Below the pieces are notes generated by a model that searched no databases, had not been told where the DNA came from, and saw nothing but the letters and a program-made list of their open reading frames with translations. Shown piece after piece: positions 1 through 12,676 of a stretch of DNA of 64,000 nucleotides. The first letter of the stretch is position 1. Each line of letters begins with the position of its first letter. Source of the DNA: Eledone cirrhosa (Eukaryota); assembly GCA_964016885.1 (NCBI GenBank), contig OZ024744.1:58156001-58220000 (forward strand), read 5' to 3'. Both the position numbers and the translations under genes were made by a program.

Positions 1-386
1 CAAAACACTGTTAAGGCATTAGTAATTTACACATAAATGCATATAAAGGTGAGTCACTTATTATTTACAATGCACTTATGATTTTGTCTCTATTTGGTGG
101 CACAATTAGCCGAGTGCACACTGCAAGATGTAGTATCCCTCTAGTTACTATAGTGCAGGTTTGAACATGAAACATTCAGTTAATTGTTACTGCATAAACT
201 ATAGCCTCTCATATAAGTAGCTGGTGTTAGGAAGGACATCCAGCTGAAGGAACCATACTCCCAGTACACACTGTAAATTGATTGGTTTTAAGAAGGGTAT
301 CCATCTGTAAAAACCTAACCAAAAATGGAACATATGAGCAAGATATGGTCACCTGACTAGTCTAGTCTCAGATCACGACAACACAT

Positions 387-602
387 TTAACTCTTTAGCA
401 TTCACATTACTCTATATTTACTATTGTATTTTCACAGTAAACATTTTATTTCACATAATATCGAATCTACAAGATTTTGATATTATTTATTTTGAGAACA
501 ATTTCTTAACATAAGTATGAGCAGCCAGTTACGGCCAGTTTGAACAGAAAGAGGTGAGAGAATTCTGGCCAGATATAGCCGGTTTAAATGCTAAAAGGTT
601 AA
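387..602. mobile_element. piggyBac-like MITE (second copy at 2397-2627)
   Basis: TTAA-CTCTTTAGCATT...AATGCTAAAAGG-TTAA terminal inverted repeats; near-identical copy at 2397-2627. Confidence 0.65.
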
Positions 603-720
603 CCCATGCAAAAGCATGGAAAATAAATGTTAAATTGTGCTGATGATGTAGAGATGCATATAAAAAGAATAAAGATTTTAAGTCTTAAATTCCTTCTAAA
701 TTTTTTTAATTTATTTTATA

Positions 721-1460
721 TATATGTGTGTGTGTGTTTGTGTATGTGTGCGAGTGTGTATGTGTGTATGTGAGGATGTGTTTGTGCATGAGTGTGTGTG
801 TATGTGTATCTGTGACTGCGTTTATGTTTACAGTTTGTTTATGTTCCATAACTTAGTGGTTAAACAAGAAGAGATTATTAAAATAATATGGTTTCAAGAT
901 CAGTCTCACTGTGTGGCACCTTGAACAAGTATCTTTCACTATAGCCATTGGTTAACTAATGCCTTGTGAACAAATTTGGTGGACAGAAATTGTAAGGACG
1001 CCCATTGTGTGTGTGTGTGTGTTTTGAGTGAGTGTGTGTATGTGTATGTGTGTATGTGTGTATGTGTACATGAGTGTGTTGTGTATGTGTGTGTGTTCAT
1101 GTATGTGTACATGTGTGTATGTGTGTGTGTATGTGTGTGTATGTGTGTATGTGTGAGTGTGTATCTATGTATATGTGTATGTGCATGTGAATGAGAGTTG
1201 TGTGTGTGTGTGTGTGTGTGTGTTTGCATGTATGTATGTGGATGTATGTGTGTATGTGTGCGTGTGTGCATGTATATATGTGGATGTATGTGTGTATGAG
1301 TGGGTGGGTGTGTGCTAATATAGCTGCAACAGCAACAACTACTACTATGACCATCGCCACTATTATTACTACCACCACCACCATGACCACCGCCACCACC
1401 ACCACAACCACCACCATTACCATCATCAATACCATTACCACCAACATCATTAGCATCACT
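721..1460. repeat. (TG)n-rich and (ACC/ACT)n degenerate microsatellites
   Basis: direct inspection; source of CVCV/HTHT/poly-T pseudo-ORFs. Confidence 0.9.
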
Positions 1461-1599
1461 AGAGTGAAAATTGGGTGGAAAAGTTCATTGCAACAAGGGT
1501 TTCTCTTTCAGACTGAAGTGCAGATTGTACAATGCTTGTGTTTGAAGTGTGGTGCTTCATGGTATTGAGATGTGGGCCTTGAATACAGAGGATTTGTGA

Positions 1600-1930
1600 T
1601 GGTTGGAAAGAAATGTAGCAAGCATGCTCTGCTAGATCTGTTATTTTAGTGTGCATGAATGTCAGAGCAGAGATGAAGTGAAAGAAACACTGGATAAGAA
1701 GAGGAATTACATAGATGTAATATGTAAGAGAAAACCCCTGTGCTGCTATGTGATGTGTATGAAGGATACCACTTGCATTAGGAAGTGGTAAGTGCTAGTA
1801 AGAAGTGCCAAGCGTTTCAAGTAGAAGCAGCCTGAGGTGAAGGAAGATGTGGAGTGAAGTGGTGAATGATGACCTTAAAAAGCTGAACCACACTAAATAG
1901 ATGACAAAAGAATGTGATGACTAGTTGTGT
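1600..1930 (+). mobile_element. highly decayed RTE LINE 3' ORF remnant
   Basis: similar to remnants at 13290-13570 and 5290-5720 (GATGACCTTAAAAAGCTGAACC vs GACTGACCTTAAGAAGCTGAACC). Confidence 0.45.
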
Positions 1931-2279
1931 CCTAGGGTGGGTAACAGCTTCATTTGTATTTAATCACCCACCAGCTCTATTGTGTGCTTTATCACTATCA
2001 CTGTACACCTCTCTACTAATCTATCTACTACTATCACTACCCCCATCACTCCCATTATCACTACCTCTCTCTCACCATCAACCTCTCCTACCACAACATC
2101 TAATTCCAGTTATAACACCTGTGTGATGACATCCATACACATCACATGTCCATACATGTGCAGTTTCCTCTCTTGCACTCTACATATGATTCTTCTTGTA
2201 GCCAGTTTCTCCCTCAGCCCATCCATGTTTCACCATACATGCATATTGAGTGCAATGCAACTAAATATGATGGTAAAAT

Positions 2280-2790
2280 GCATGGCCTAGTGGTTAGGGT
2301 GTTGGGCTCACAATCATACTGTCAATTCAACTCCCAGACTGGATAGTGCATTGTGTCTGTGAGCAAACCCCTCTATTTCATGTTGGACCAGTCCATTAAC
2401 CTTTTAGCATTTACATTACTCTATATATATACTATTGCATTTTCATGTTAAACACTTTATCTCACATAATTATCTCACATAATATCGAATCTACAAGATT
2501 TTGATATTATTTATTTTGTGAACAATAATAGCTTAACATAAGTATAAGCAGCTGGTTATGGCTAGTTTGAACAGAAAGAGGTGAGAGAATTCTGGCCAGA
2601 TATGGCCAGTTCAAATGATAAAGGGTTGTTGCCCCAGTCCATTAAACTGAACAATTAGTAGTAGCCACAGCAACTAAGAACTAACTCTGCTTTGGAAGGA
2701 CATCCCATCCAGTGGGGGAAGTTTCTTAGTGTCAATAAAACTGAAATAAGATCTGGCCTGATGAGCCATTGGACTTGGAACAAACTTTAA
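2280..2790 (+). mobile_element. tRNA-derived CORE-type SINE interrupted by a piggyBac-like MITE
   Basis: TGGCCTAGTGGTTAGGG A-box head, CORE-like TTGTGTCTGTGAGCAAACC..TATTTCATGTTG; MITE at 2397-2627. Confidence 0.6.
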
Positions 2791-3074
2791 CCAAATTTTT
2801 AATATGATGGTTTACATTTTAACTCTTTTAGAGGTTTCAGTCAATAGATTCCAGCACTTATTGTTCTAAGTCCGGTACTTATTTCATCAATTCTTATTTG
2901 TCAAACTGCTAAGTTATAAGACATTAATAAACAACACTCATTGTTAACTTGTGTAGACATAAACTCTGACCCAGACAGACAAACAGACACACAGAGGCAT
3001 AAACATATATATCTATATCTGTATATATATATCTACTATCTCCATCTCTCTCTTTAAGATTGGTTACTCTTGAA

Positions 3075-3120
<46 letters not shown>

Positions 3121-3369
3121 TCATCATCATCATCATCTTCGTTTAACGTCCATTTTCCACGCTAGCATGGGTTATATATATAGATAGCGTGCATGATTCA
3201 ATGAATTATATATATGACTAGCACTGTCAGTTTCAATAACAAGTATTCCAATTTATAAAATCAATGGAACAACTTGCTCAGGAAATTAACATTGGCCTTT
3301 TCAATTATAGGTACAACTCATTTTTACCAGCTGAGTGGACTGGAGCAATGTGAAATAAAGTGTCTTGCT

Positions 3370-4020
3370 TAAGGACTCAATTCGATTCTCGGAGCAGGTG
3401 ATGCATTGTTTCCTTGAGCAAGACACTTTATTTCATGTTGTTCCAGTTCACTCAGCTGTAGAAATGAGTGTGATGTCATTGGTGCCAAGCTGTATCGACC
3501 ATTGCCTCTCCCTTGTACAACATCGGTGGTGTTGAGAGGGGAGACTGGTATGCATGGGCAACTGCTTGTCTTCCACAAACAACCTTACCCAGATTTGTGC
3601 CTCAGAGGGGAGACTGGTATGCATGGGCAACTGCTTGTCTTCCACAAACAACCTTACCCAGATTTGTGCCTCAGAGGGGAGACTGGTATGCATGGGCAAC
3701 TGCTTGTCTTCCACAAACAACCTTACTCAGATTTGTGCCTCAGAGGGGAGACTGGTATGCATGGGCAACTGCTTGTCTTCCACAAACAACCTTACTCAGA
3801 TTTGTGCCTCAGAGGGGAGACTGGTATGCATGGGCAACTGCTTGTCTTCCACAAACAACCTTACCCAGATTTGTGCCTCAGAGGGGAGACTGGTATTGCA
3901 TGGGCAACTGCTTGTCTTCCACAAACAACCTTACCCAGATTTGTGCCTCGGAGAGAAGCTTTCTATGTACAAATCCCATGGTCATTCGTGACTGAAGGGG
4001 TTCTTTACCCTTTACCCTTT
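3370..4020 (+). mobile_element. CORE-type SINE with internal tandem amplification
   Basis: CORE-like TTGTTTCCTTGAGCAAGACACTTTATTTCA...CTCAGCTGTAGAAATGAG; TTTACCC-repeat tail. Confidence 0.65.
3536..3950 (+). repeat. 69-bp minisatellite, 6 copies
   Basis: GAGGGGAGACTGGTATGCATGGG... units start at 3536, 3605, 3674, 3743, 3812, 3881. Confidence 0.95.
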
Positions 4021-4339
4021 ATATATACACATGACCAGTTTCTATACAGCTTCCAACAATAGAATGACGTTTTCCCAAAGTTATGCATAATTGAACCAAA
4101 TTTGAAATTACATAGCTGTGAAGCAAATTTCTTAATTATACTGACTTCTATGTCTTTAACCCTTTCATTACCATATTTTTAACAGAAGAGACAGTCAAGG
4201 ATTTTGAATTAATTTTGAAAGTAATGAAGAATTTGGGGGGATTTTGTAAAAACCAGCTTGAAGGTTCTAGCATAAAATTATGATGCAAGTTTTTTAAATA
4301 AATATAAACACTTTAAAACAAACAGTTTATTATCATTAA

Positions 4340-4520
4340 TTGGCAGTATCGGTAGACGGTCGGGCGCCATGCTTTGCAGCATAGTTACTGCCCTTTGCGA
4401 TCTGAGGTCGAATCCCGCCGAGGTTAACTTTGCCTTTCATCCTTGCGGGGTCGATAAAATAAAGTACCAGTAATGTACTGAGTAATTGCTGGCCTTGTGT
4501 CAAAAGTAGAAACAATTATC
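4340..4520 (+). mobile_element. tRNA-derived SINE family B (copies at 10283-10470 minus, 10613-10792, 10925-11080, 33430-33570 minus)
   Basis: B-box GAGTTCAAATCC in sister copies and conserved body CTTTCATCCTTGCGGGGTCGATAAAATAAAGTACCAGT; copy at 10283-10470 has TSD TATAAAATTATAAT. Confidence 0.75.
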
Positions 4521-5385
4521 ATTTAACATCTATTTTCCATGCTTACATGGGTTAGACAGGTTGTCACGTTATGAGGCTAGACTTGTCAGGTGACCTTGTC
4601 TTGCTTGTACGTTCTATTTTTGGCTTAGTTTCAATGGCTTCCTAATGACAACCATTTTACAGTGTGTACTGGAAGCACTTTATCGTATTTCCAACTCTTC
4701 TACTTTACAGCATGGATTAGGTGGGGGGGGGTTGTTTTGGTGGCACCAGCACTGCCCCCTTACAGAGTGAACTGGGTTCTTTTTATGTGGCACCAGCACT
4801 ACTACATTACAGAGTGGGCTAAGGGCATTTTTATTATGGTACCAACACTGTGGAGGCATTGATAGGAATGGGGGCAATCACACTACCATAGGAGAGAAAA
4901 CATTAGGTCATGGAGATGGCCTAGATGAGTCATACCCGGTGGTATATTGTAGGTGTGCCAGGATTTCTATGCTGGCATGGGTTGGACAAGGAACAAATCT
5001 GGGTGGGAGTAGAAACCACATTTTTCTTTCATGCTAACACAGGTAGGAGAAGGAAGGTGAATTAAGGATGTGGAAAGGAGACGTACAATGTAGGGAAACA
5101 CTTCTTTCTTCTCTCCATACTGAAATGGGTTGGACAAATAGAAGAGGGATGAAGAATGTGAGTTAAGGGGGCCACATGGAGAGTGAGGGGAGGATTGAGG
5201 TGTTTAATGTGGACAGAGGAATCAGGGGGAGTGGGAAGAATGTTGGCTGGCTGAGAGCTAAATGCTATTTCATGTCCCAATGATTGTTTCATGCCACCTG
5301 TATAGGTAAGTGAATCATCTGTCATACAGTATAACATCATCCAACTCAAACTTGTGTCATCTCCATCGTGAGGTTTAGCTGTACA

Positions 5386-5546
5386 CAGTGCCGGATTTAC
5401 CATTGTACTTAGGTGTGCTTAAGTACATGGCCCCATTGACCAAGGGCATCCTTTTTTATGATGAATTACCTCCTTCAGGGCCCAAGTAAGGGGCCTCATA
5501 ACTTAACTAGCACAGGAGGATCTCATTTGTCCTAGATCTGGTACTG
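5386..5546. mobile_element. hAT-like MITE inside a decayed RTE 3' remnant
   Basis: imperfect TIRs CAGTGCCGGATTTA / TAGATCTGGTACTG; degenerate 8-bp TSD GCTGTACA/GTTGTACG. Confidence 0.6.
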
Positions 5547-5788
5547 GTTGTACGGGGTCAGCCTTCACATCATCTCAAGTTTTAATTGGTTATCCTCTTC
5601 CACATGTTCCATCAACTTTGAGTGTCCTGCACTTTTTTATGCAGTTGTCATCTACACTGAATCTAATCCCTCTTATGCATAGCTTTTGTTTCAGTTCACT
5701 AATACTTTGTCATTCATGTTTGGAGCATAATTTAAAGAGTCTTACATGAAATTATAATGGAAAGGTTTTAGATAAACATTTTAAAACA

Positions 5789-5849
5789 GCCTACAGCCAT
5801 AATATGTTGAAAGCACCAGTTATCATCCGATTACCAAAGTTAAGCAATG
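5789..5849 (+). pseudogene. 5S rRNA-derived fragment (5' half)
   Basis: GCCTACAGCCATAATATGTTGAAAGCACCAGTTATCATCCGATTACCAAAGTTAAGCAA resembles metazoan 5S nt 1-60. Confidence 0.7.
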
Positions 5850-6469
5850 AATTTTATATCGTAGAACTAGGGGCATTTTCGTATAGCTTGGCATCAAAAA
5901 GGTAAATTCTTCTTTTTGTTTGTTTGTTCACTGCCCTCACGCCTTCCAAAAAAAAAAAAAAATGATAATAATAATAAGCTAAACAATTCATTAATCCATT
6001 TAGCAATGAATTTCTATGTGCATAATTAACTCTCTACAATTTTCCTCTATTCAACTTATTATGCTAGTAATTCAGAGAGAGAAAACTTAATTAATCTGAT
6101 CTTTTATTCTACCTGATTAATATGTAACCAGTTCATTAACAAGGTTGCTGTAATTGGTTTGTTTTGTTGTAAGGAATTAGGTTATCCACATCACTAAACC
6201 ATAGTAATCTCAACTATTTTACTATTTTACACATTTTATTAGAAAGTAATAAAGATTGTTTCTTTTTTTTCAACCTAAAATAATGGTATTTACACACACA
6301 CACACTCACACACACACATATATATATATATATATACATACATAGACACACACACACACACGAATATGAGGTATCAAAACATATCAAATATGCTTGATTT
6401 TTGTACTTCTCAATGAAAGAGCCCAATAGACTTTGTCCCGAGCTATAATACTTCAAATTAAAAGTTATA

Positions 6470-6865
6470 TATGAGTTCAATTCTTGGACCGAATGATGTG
6501 TTGTTTCCGTGAGCAAGAGACTTTATTTCACATTGCTCCAGTTTACTCAGCTGTAGAAATGAAATGATAGGACTGGAGTCCCTATCATTCCACTGCAAAG
6601 TGGTTGTGGAGGTACCACGGCAAAAAAGCACCCAGCCTACACTGTAAAGTGGACGTGTAGGCGCCACGGAAAAAAAGCACCCAGCACTCACTGTAAATGA
6701 GGTTGGTGTTAGGAAGGGCATCCAGCTGTAGAAATCAAGCCAGAATCAGTTCCCGTATGAGCAAGACAAGGTCAGCCGACCGGACACTGCCCACAACAGG
6801 ACAACCCGTCTAACCCATGCCAGTGTGGAAGAACAGACGTAAAAACGGTGATGATGATGATGATG
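6470..6865 (+). mobile_element. CORE-type SINE with RTE-derived 3' tail (related copies 12855-13115 minus, 53565-53900 minus)
   Basis: B-box, CORE-like domain, GGTTGGTGTTAGGAAGGGCATCCAGCTGTAGAAA tail and (GAT)n end shared with the RTE 3' UTR. Confidence 0.75.
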
Positions 6866-6896
<31 letters not shown>

Positions 6897-6897
<1 letters not shown>

Positions 6898-9857
6898 CAT
6901 CATCATCATCATCATCATCAACGTTTAACGTCCGTGTTCCACGCTTGCATGGGTTTGGACGGGGGTAGTCCCACTTGAGGCAAGAGTGATTGTCTTGCTC
7001 GCATAGGACTGTCTGGCAGGTTTTCTACAGTTGGATGCCCTTCCTAACACCAACCACATTTACAGTGTGGGTCTGGGAGGTTTTTACCGTGTTGCCTACA
7101 CGGCCACATTACAGCGTGGACTGTGTGTTTTTTTGTCGTGACACCTACACGATCTCATTTGTTTCGGCCTCGATGGCGCGGCACCAACATAACTTTACAT
7201 AGAACGGGGTGGTGTGGATGGGGTAGGGGTGGGGGTGGTGGGACGGGGTGTATTTTGTTAGGGATGCCTACTGGCTGGAGTAGGTTTTACTATATATTTA
7301 GGTAAGGCGGGTCTTCTCTGTTACTGAGTACCGCCAAAGGTCTCGGTCCAGTGACATTGTCTTGGAGAGGTGTAAGTGTGTGATGTCGGAGTTTATCAGC
7401 TCGTCCCAGGTTTTTCTAGGTCTGCCTATTCCGTGACTACCGTCTATCTTTATTGCCCTGCACTTTGTTATACAGCTATCGACTTTCATGCGCATCACGT
7501 GTCCATACCAACGTAGCCTTCTCTCGAGTAAACAACATCTGATCCCTCTTATCTCTAATTTTTTCCTTAGTTCGTTTATGCTTTGCCGTTCACGTATATT
7601 ACTGTTACACATCCAGCGGAGCATGCAAGCTTCGTTCCTCTCTAGTCTGCGTATATCCTCTGCACACAATGCCCAGGTCTCACTGCCATGCAGCATTGCT
7701 GTTCGTATGCAGGCATCGTACAACCTGCCTTTCATTTTTAGTGAGAACCCTTTAGCAGCTAATAGTGGTATAAGCTCTCTGAACTTTTTCCAACCAGTTC
7801 TGACTCTAGCTACAGTACTTTCAGAGCACCCTCCCCCACTGCTGATTTTATCGCCCAGGTAACGGAAGCTGTCCACTATTTCTATAGAACCCTCTGCGCA
7901 ATTGAAAGAGCTAGTAGCTTGTGGGCACTTGCTGCTACTTATTGCACCAGAGCACCGGCCACATGTAAAATCTATGTTCTTAGTTAGCTTACCTGTGATC
8001 CCACTACATCTTTTATGCACCCATACTTTGCATTTAGGACATAAAATGGAGTTTCTACCTACGCCTTTCCTACACACCGAGCACGACCATTTCCCAGAAG
8101 GGACCGCCGCCTTGTTTTCTTTCCTACAAACTAGTACTTTGGTCTTAGCCAGGTTAATTTTAAGTCCTTTTGACTCTAGGCCGTGCTTCCATGTTTGGAA
8201 TTTCTTCTCTAGCTCGGCCATTGATTCCGCTATGAGTGTCAGGTCGTCTGCGTATAGGAGTTCCCATGGGCAGCCTGTCTTGAACTCCTCTGTTATAGCC
8301 CGAAGGGCAATAATAAATAGTAGTGGGCTGAGAACAGAGCCCTGATGGACGCCAACTTTTACGCTAAACTCTTCACTATATTCGTTGTTAATTCTAACCT
8401 TGCTGACTGTTTCTTTATACATGGCTTGTATAGCCCTCACAAGCCATTCGTCAACGCCTAGTTTTCTAAGAGCCCACCAGATAATGGAGCGGGGGACTCT
8501 GTCGAAGGCTTTCTCCAAGTCGACAAAAGCTAAGTAGAGGGGTTTACCTTTAGCTAGGTACTTCTCCTGTAGTTGTCGTACTATGAAAAGAGCGTCTGTG
8601 GTACTTTTGCCTGACACAAACCCGAACTGCATTTCATCTAGGTCAATTCTCTCTCTGATTAGTTGCGCTATTACTTTTTCCGTGACCTTCATGACCTGGT
8701 CGATTAATTTAATGCCTCTATAGTTACTCCTATCTAGGGCGTCTCCTTTACCCTTATAACAGTTAACGATGATGCTGCTATGCCAGTCCTTCGGAACAAC
8801 CCCATTCTGTATGACTTGGTTAACTATGCGGGTGACCATGGTGTGTCCCACCGTGCCAGATGCCTTCAGCATCTCAGCAACTATTTCCGAAGGCCCAGCC
8901 GCCTTACCCGTCTTCATATCCTTGATTGCCTTACTTATTATACTCCCCTCGACTAACACTGCTGGTCCCTCTATTGGGTCGATATGGGGGAGACTGCCTT
9001 TCTCCCAATTATTCTCCTCATTTAGTAGCCTTTCATAGTGACACTTCCAAGCTACCTTCTTATCAGCGTCGGTGATGGCAAGTGTGCCATCGTCGTTTAG
9101 TACACACTTCTCCCCGACAATATCACGGTTTTCCTTGACGCATTGCCTAGCAATCCTGAACACCTCACGTTTTTGGTCATCGCATTGTAGAACATGCTTG
9201 AACTTTCTTTCCTCAGCTTCCCTTCTTGCTAAGTACACTTGTCTCCTAGCTTCCCTCCTGGCCACTTGATAGTCCTCTCTACTTCCCCCATCCCGCCATA
9301 CTTTCCAAGCCTGCTTTTTGGCCTTAATTGACTCCTCCACCTTACTGTTCCACCACCATGTTACTCTCCTCCTGCCTACAGGCCTGCTCCAGCCACAGAC
9401 TTCGTCTGTCGCCAACAGCAGGTTTGCTTTCAGAAATTCCCACTCTCCCTCTATATTGTCCGACTCTAAATGTTCTTCCTTACTGTCGAAAGCATCAAGT
9501 AATATGCTTTGAAATTTATTCCTGGCTGTGGGGTCCTTTAGCTTCCATATTTTCCTCCTGAGGATAGTCCTCTTCTGTTGTCGAGTACGTCTCGTCCTGA
9601 CTATGAGGTCGCTAATTATCAGTCTATGTTGGGAGGTGCATTCTTCATGGGGGAGGGATTTAGTGTTTACAACAGACACTCTGTCACGTCTTCTGGTAAG
9701 GATATAATCTACCTGGCTTGTGTGTTCCCCGGATCTATAGGTGATCAAGTGATTGTCACGTTTTTTGAAGTTAGTGTTACAGATAGTTAGGTTATTTGCA
9801 TCACAGAATTCCAGGATTCTGGAGCCTTCCTCATTTCTAGTACCAAACCCATAGCCT

Positions 9858-9860
<3 letters not shown>
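6897..9860 (-). mobile_element. RTE LINE, 5'-truncated, open ORF 9860-7298 (partial endonuclease, RT, PHD finger)
   Basis: QFGF, FVDLEKAFD, GVHQGSVLSP, YADD, FRYLG, RWYGHV motifs; (GAT)n tail; near-identical to 21523-24478. Confidence 0.95.
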
Positions 9861-9954
<94 letters not shown>

Positions 9955-10116
9955 ACCATATATCCATGAGAATACACAGTATAATACTGCATATGTACAA
10001 AGCATATATTTCAAAGAAAAATATGTAATCTATTGGAAACAATAAAATTCCTTTTATATATATATATATATATATATTATAGAGACAAATCATTTTGTTC
10101 TGGAGCACATGATTGT

Positions 10117-10539
10117 AACCCTTTCATTACCATATTTCTAATGAAAGACATTGCCTATGAATTCCAAATAATTTTGAAAATAATCAAGAACTTGGAGGGA
10201 TTTAATAATATAGTTAACTTCCTCATTATTAAACAGATATTTGGAATATAACTTAATAAAGATTCTTATATAAAATTATAATTGTTTCAACTTTTGGTAT
10301 GAGGCCAGCAATTACCCAGTGTATTACTGGTACTTTATTTTATCGACCCCGTAAGGATGAAAGGTAAAGTTAACTTCGGCGGGATTTGAACTCAGAATGG
10401 CAAGGGCCGTAACTCTAAGCGTCAAAGCATGGCGTCCGACCCTCTACCGATACTGCCAATCCACCGCACTTATAAAATTATAATGGAAGGTTTTTAGATA
10501 AATATAAACACTTTCAGGCAGTTTGGTATTAAAAGTTAA
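10117..10539. mobile_element. piggyBac-like MITE with nested SINE (partial copy at 4157-4330)
   Basis: AACCCTTTCATTACC...GGTATTAAAAGTTAA termini; SINE insertion with TSD. Confidence 0.55.
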
Positions 10540-12441
10540 TAAGTCTTTAATAATTTTGTTTCAAAGGAATCAGAACAACATTATTCTATTATTTGTTCTC
10601 ATTATGTCCAGATTGGCAGTATCGGTAGAGGGTCGGACGCCATGCTTTGCAGCAGAGTTACGTCCCTTTACGGTCTGAGTTCAAATCCCGCCGAGGTTAA
10701 CTTTACCTTTCATCCTTGCGGGGGTCGATAAAATAAAGTACCAGTAATACACTGGGATAATTGCTGGCCGTGTGCCAAAAGTAGAAACAATTATGTCCAG
10801 TAATCTTTCTCTAATAATCCTTTTTATAGGCTCTCTTATATATGATCTATCATAAACTATTACCAGCCAGGAAATACCTTTGTTTTTCTTTTAAGTTTAT
10901 GAAACTAATTTTTCCACAGGATTGGACACCATGCTTTACAGCATAGTTACGTCCCTTTACGTTCTGAGTTCAAATCCCGCCAAGGTTAACTTTGTTTTTC
11001 ATCCTTACGGGGTTGATAAAATAAATTACCAGTAACGTACTGGGATAATTACTGGCCTTATACCAAAAGTAGAAACAATTATATTATATATATTATTTTT
11101 ATAAGTACATGACCAATTGTTTTAGGAAAGAATAAGTAATATTTTGCTTCTTCATGAAACTTTAAAAAGCTATTTTTGTTTGTTATATATACGTGCGCGC
11201 ACATACAGAGCGAAAGAGGGAGAGGTGGGGTTGAGTAGGCCACTAACATCGATGACAGAAAACGTAATTTAGAATGTTTTTGTGAAATCTTATCTTTCAT
11301 GTGATAGAAAAAAAACAAAAAAACATTATTATAGAAATTATTTGTAAGATATTTGTCTCAGAAATAGATATTTAAAATTAAGTGTGATGTGCATATTACT
11401 GATGTATTTTTTAGAAACCATAGTTCAGTGGGAGATTTACTGTACTTTGTTAACTGGGATTGTCGGGTTAAGTCCAGTGACATCTATAGTTTCTTATATG
11501 AGAATAAGGAAGTAATACAGCATACTAAAGATTTATTAAATTGCTACTAATGTAGCTGTAATGTAACATAATCTATTAATATAATTTATAGAGTGTAATC
11601 TCTGTTCATCGCCCCTTGAAACGTCAAAATTATTCTCATTGAATTAAATAAGAGACTGAGAAAATATAGGTAGACTATATCATTGTGTTTTATAAGAACT
11701 GACTTAAAAAGTTGATTGACACAATGAAAGGAATCTAGCTGTAAAATATTGTCACAAAAAAGGAAGAGTCATAAATACTAGAGCTCCCAGAAATGCTCTA
11801 ACATGGGATGGTTGCATAACAATTATGGCCGCAATAAAAAAAGTTTTATTGTCCAGTTCGGACACTTTAATGACCGATAGAGAAGCTAAACCATACTTTA
11901 GCTGGGAAAATGGGTTTAAAGCACTTAGAGAGGGGTCGCAGACAATTTAATGTGTTTATCAGGAAAATGAAAGAAACAAAATTGACACAGGGCCATGATA
12001 ACTGATGATACAACAGTCAATGAAATTAAACATGGATGTGATGAAAGTTAGGATTCATTCAAATTCTCTCTCCAATGACCCTCACTCTGATACCCACTAC
12101 ACCATGCTGAGTAAAGGGAAACTGGAGGAGGGCACCCAACCCAACACCCCGTCATACCCCATTACTTTTATTACTGTCGCTATTATCTCTATTTCTCTCA
12201 TTACCATTAACACTACCTTCTTCTCTCTTACCTTGTCATTAGATCTGATCCACTCTTTCCCCTTCAATAAGACATTTTCACATTTACCACTCCTACTTAC
12301 CATCACCCATATCTAAGGATATCCACCATTATGAGGCCATATTCAATACCATCTCTCTCTCTCTCTCTATATATATATATGAATATTAAAACTCCTACTT
12401 CGGTATTTAGTACTCCTTTCTCTCAGCCATCAACCACATAA

Positions 12442-12497
<56 letters not shown>

Positions 12498-12635
12498 CGA
12501 AGGAAAAGTGGTAAGGAACCAGGTGGACCAGAACGCACCAAAGTACTCAATACTTAGGGTAGTAGAGTGGGTAATAGGAGTAAGTAAGACCCCGACGGCT
12601 GAGCTCAAGCCGTTTCGACAGCTAATTCTGTACTG

Positions 12636-12676
<41 letters not shown>

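Noticed and set aside
3536-3950. CRISPR-like regular repeat array
   Set aside because: No unique spacers, no cas genes, eukaryotic SINE context
9861-10108. N-terminal extension of the 936-aa ORF
   Set aside because: Read-through of (TA)n/(TC)n flank beyond the RTE truncation point
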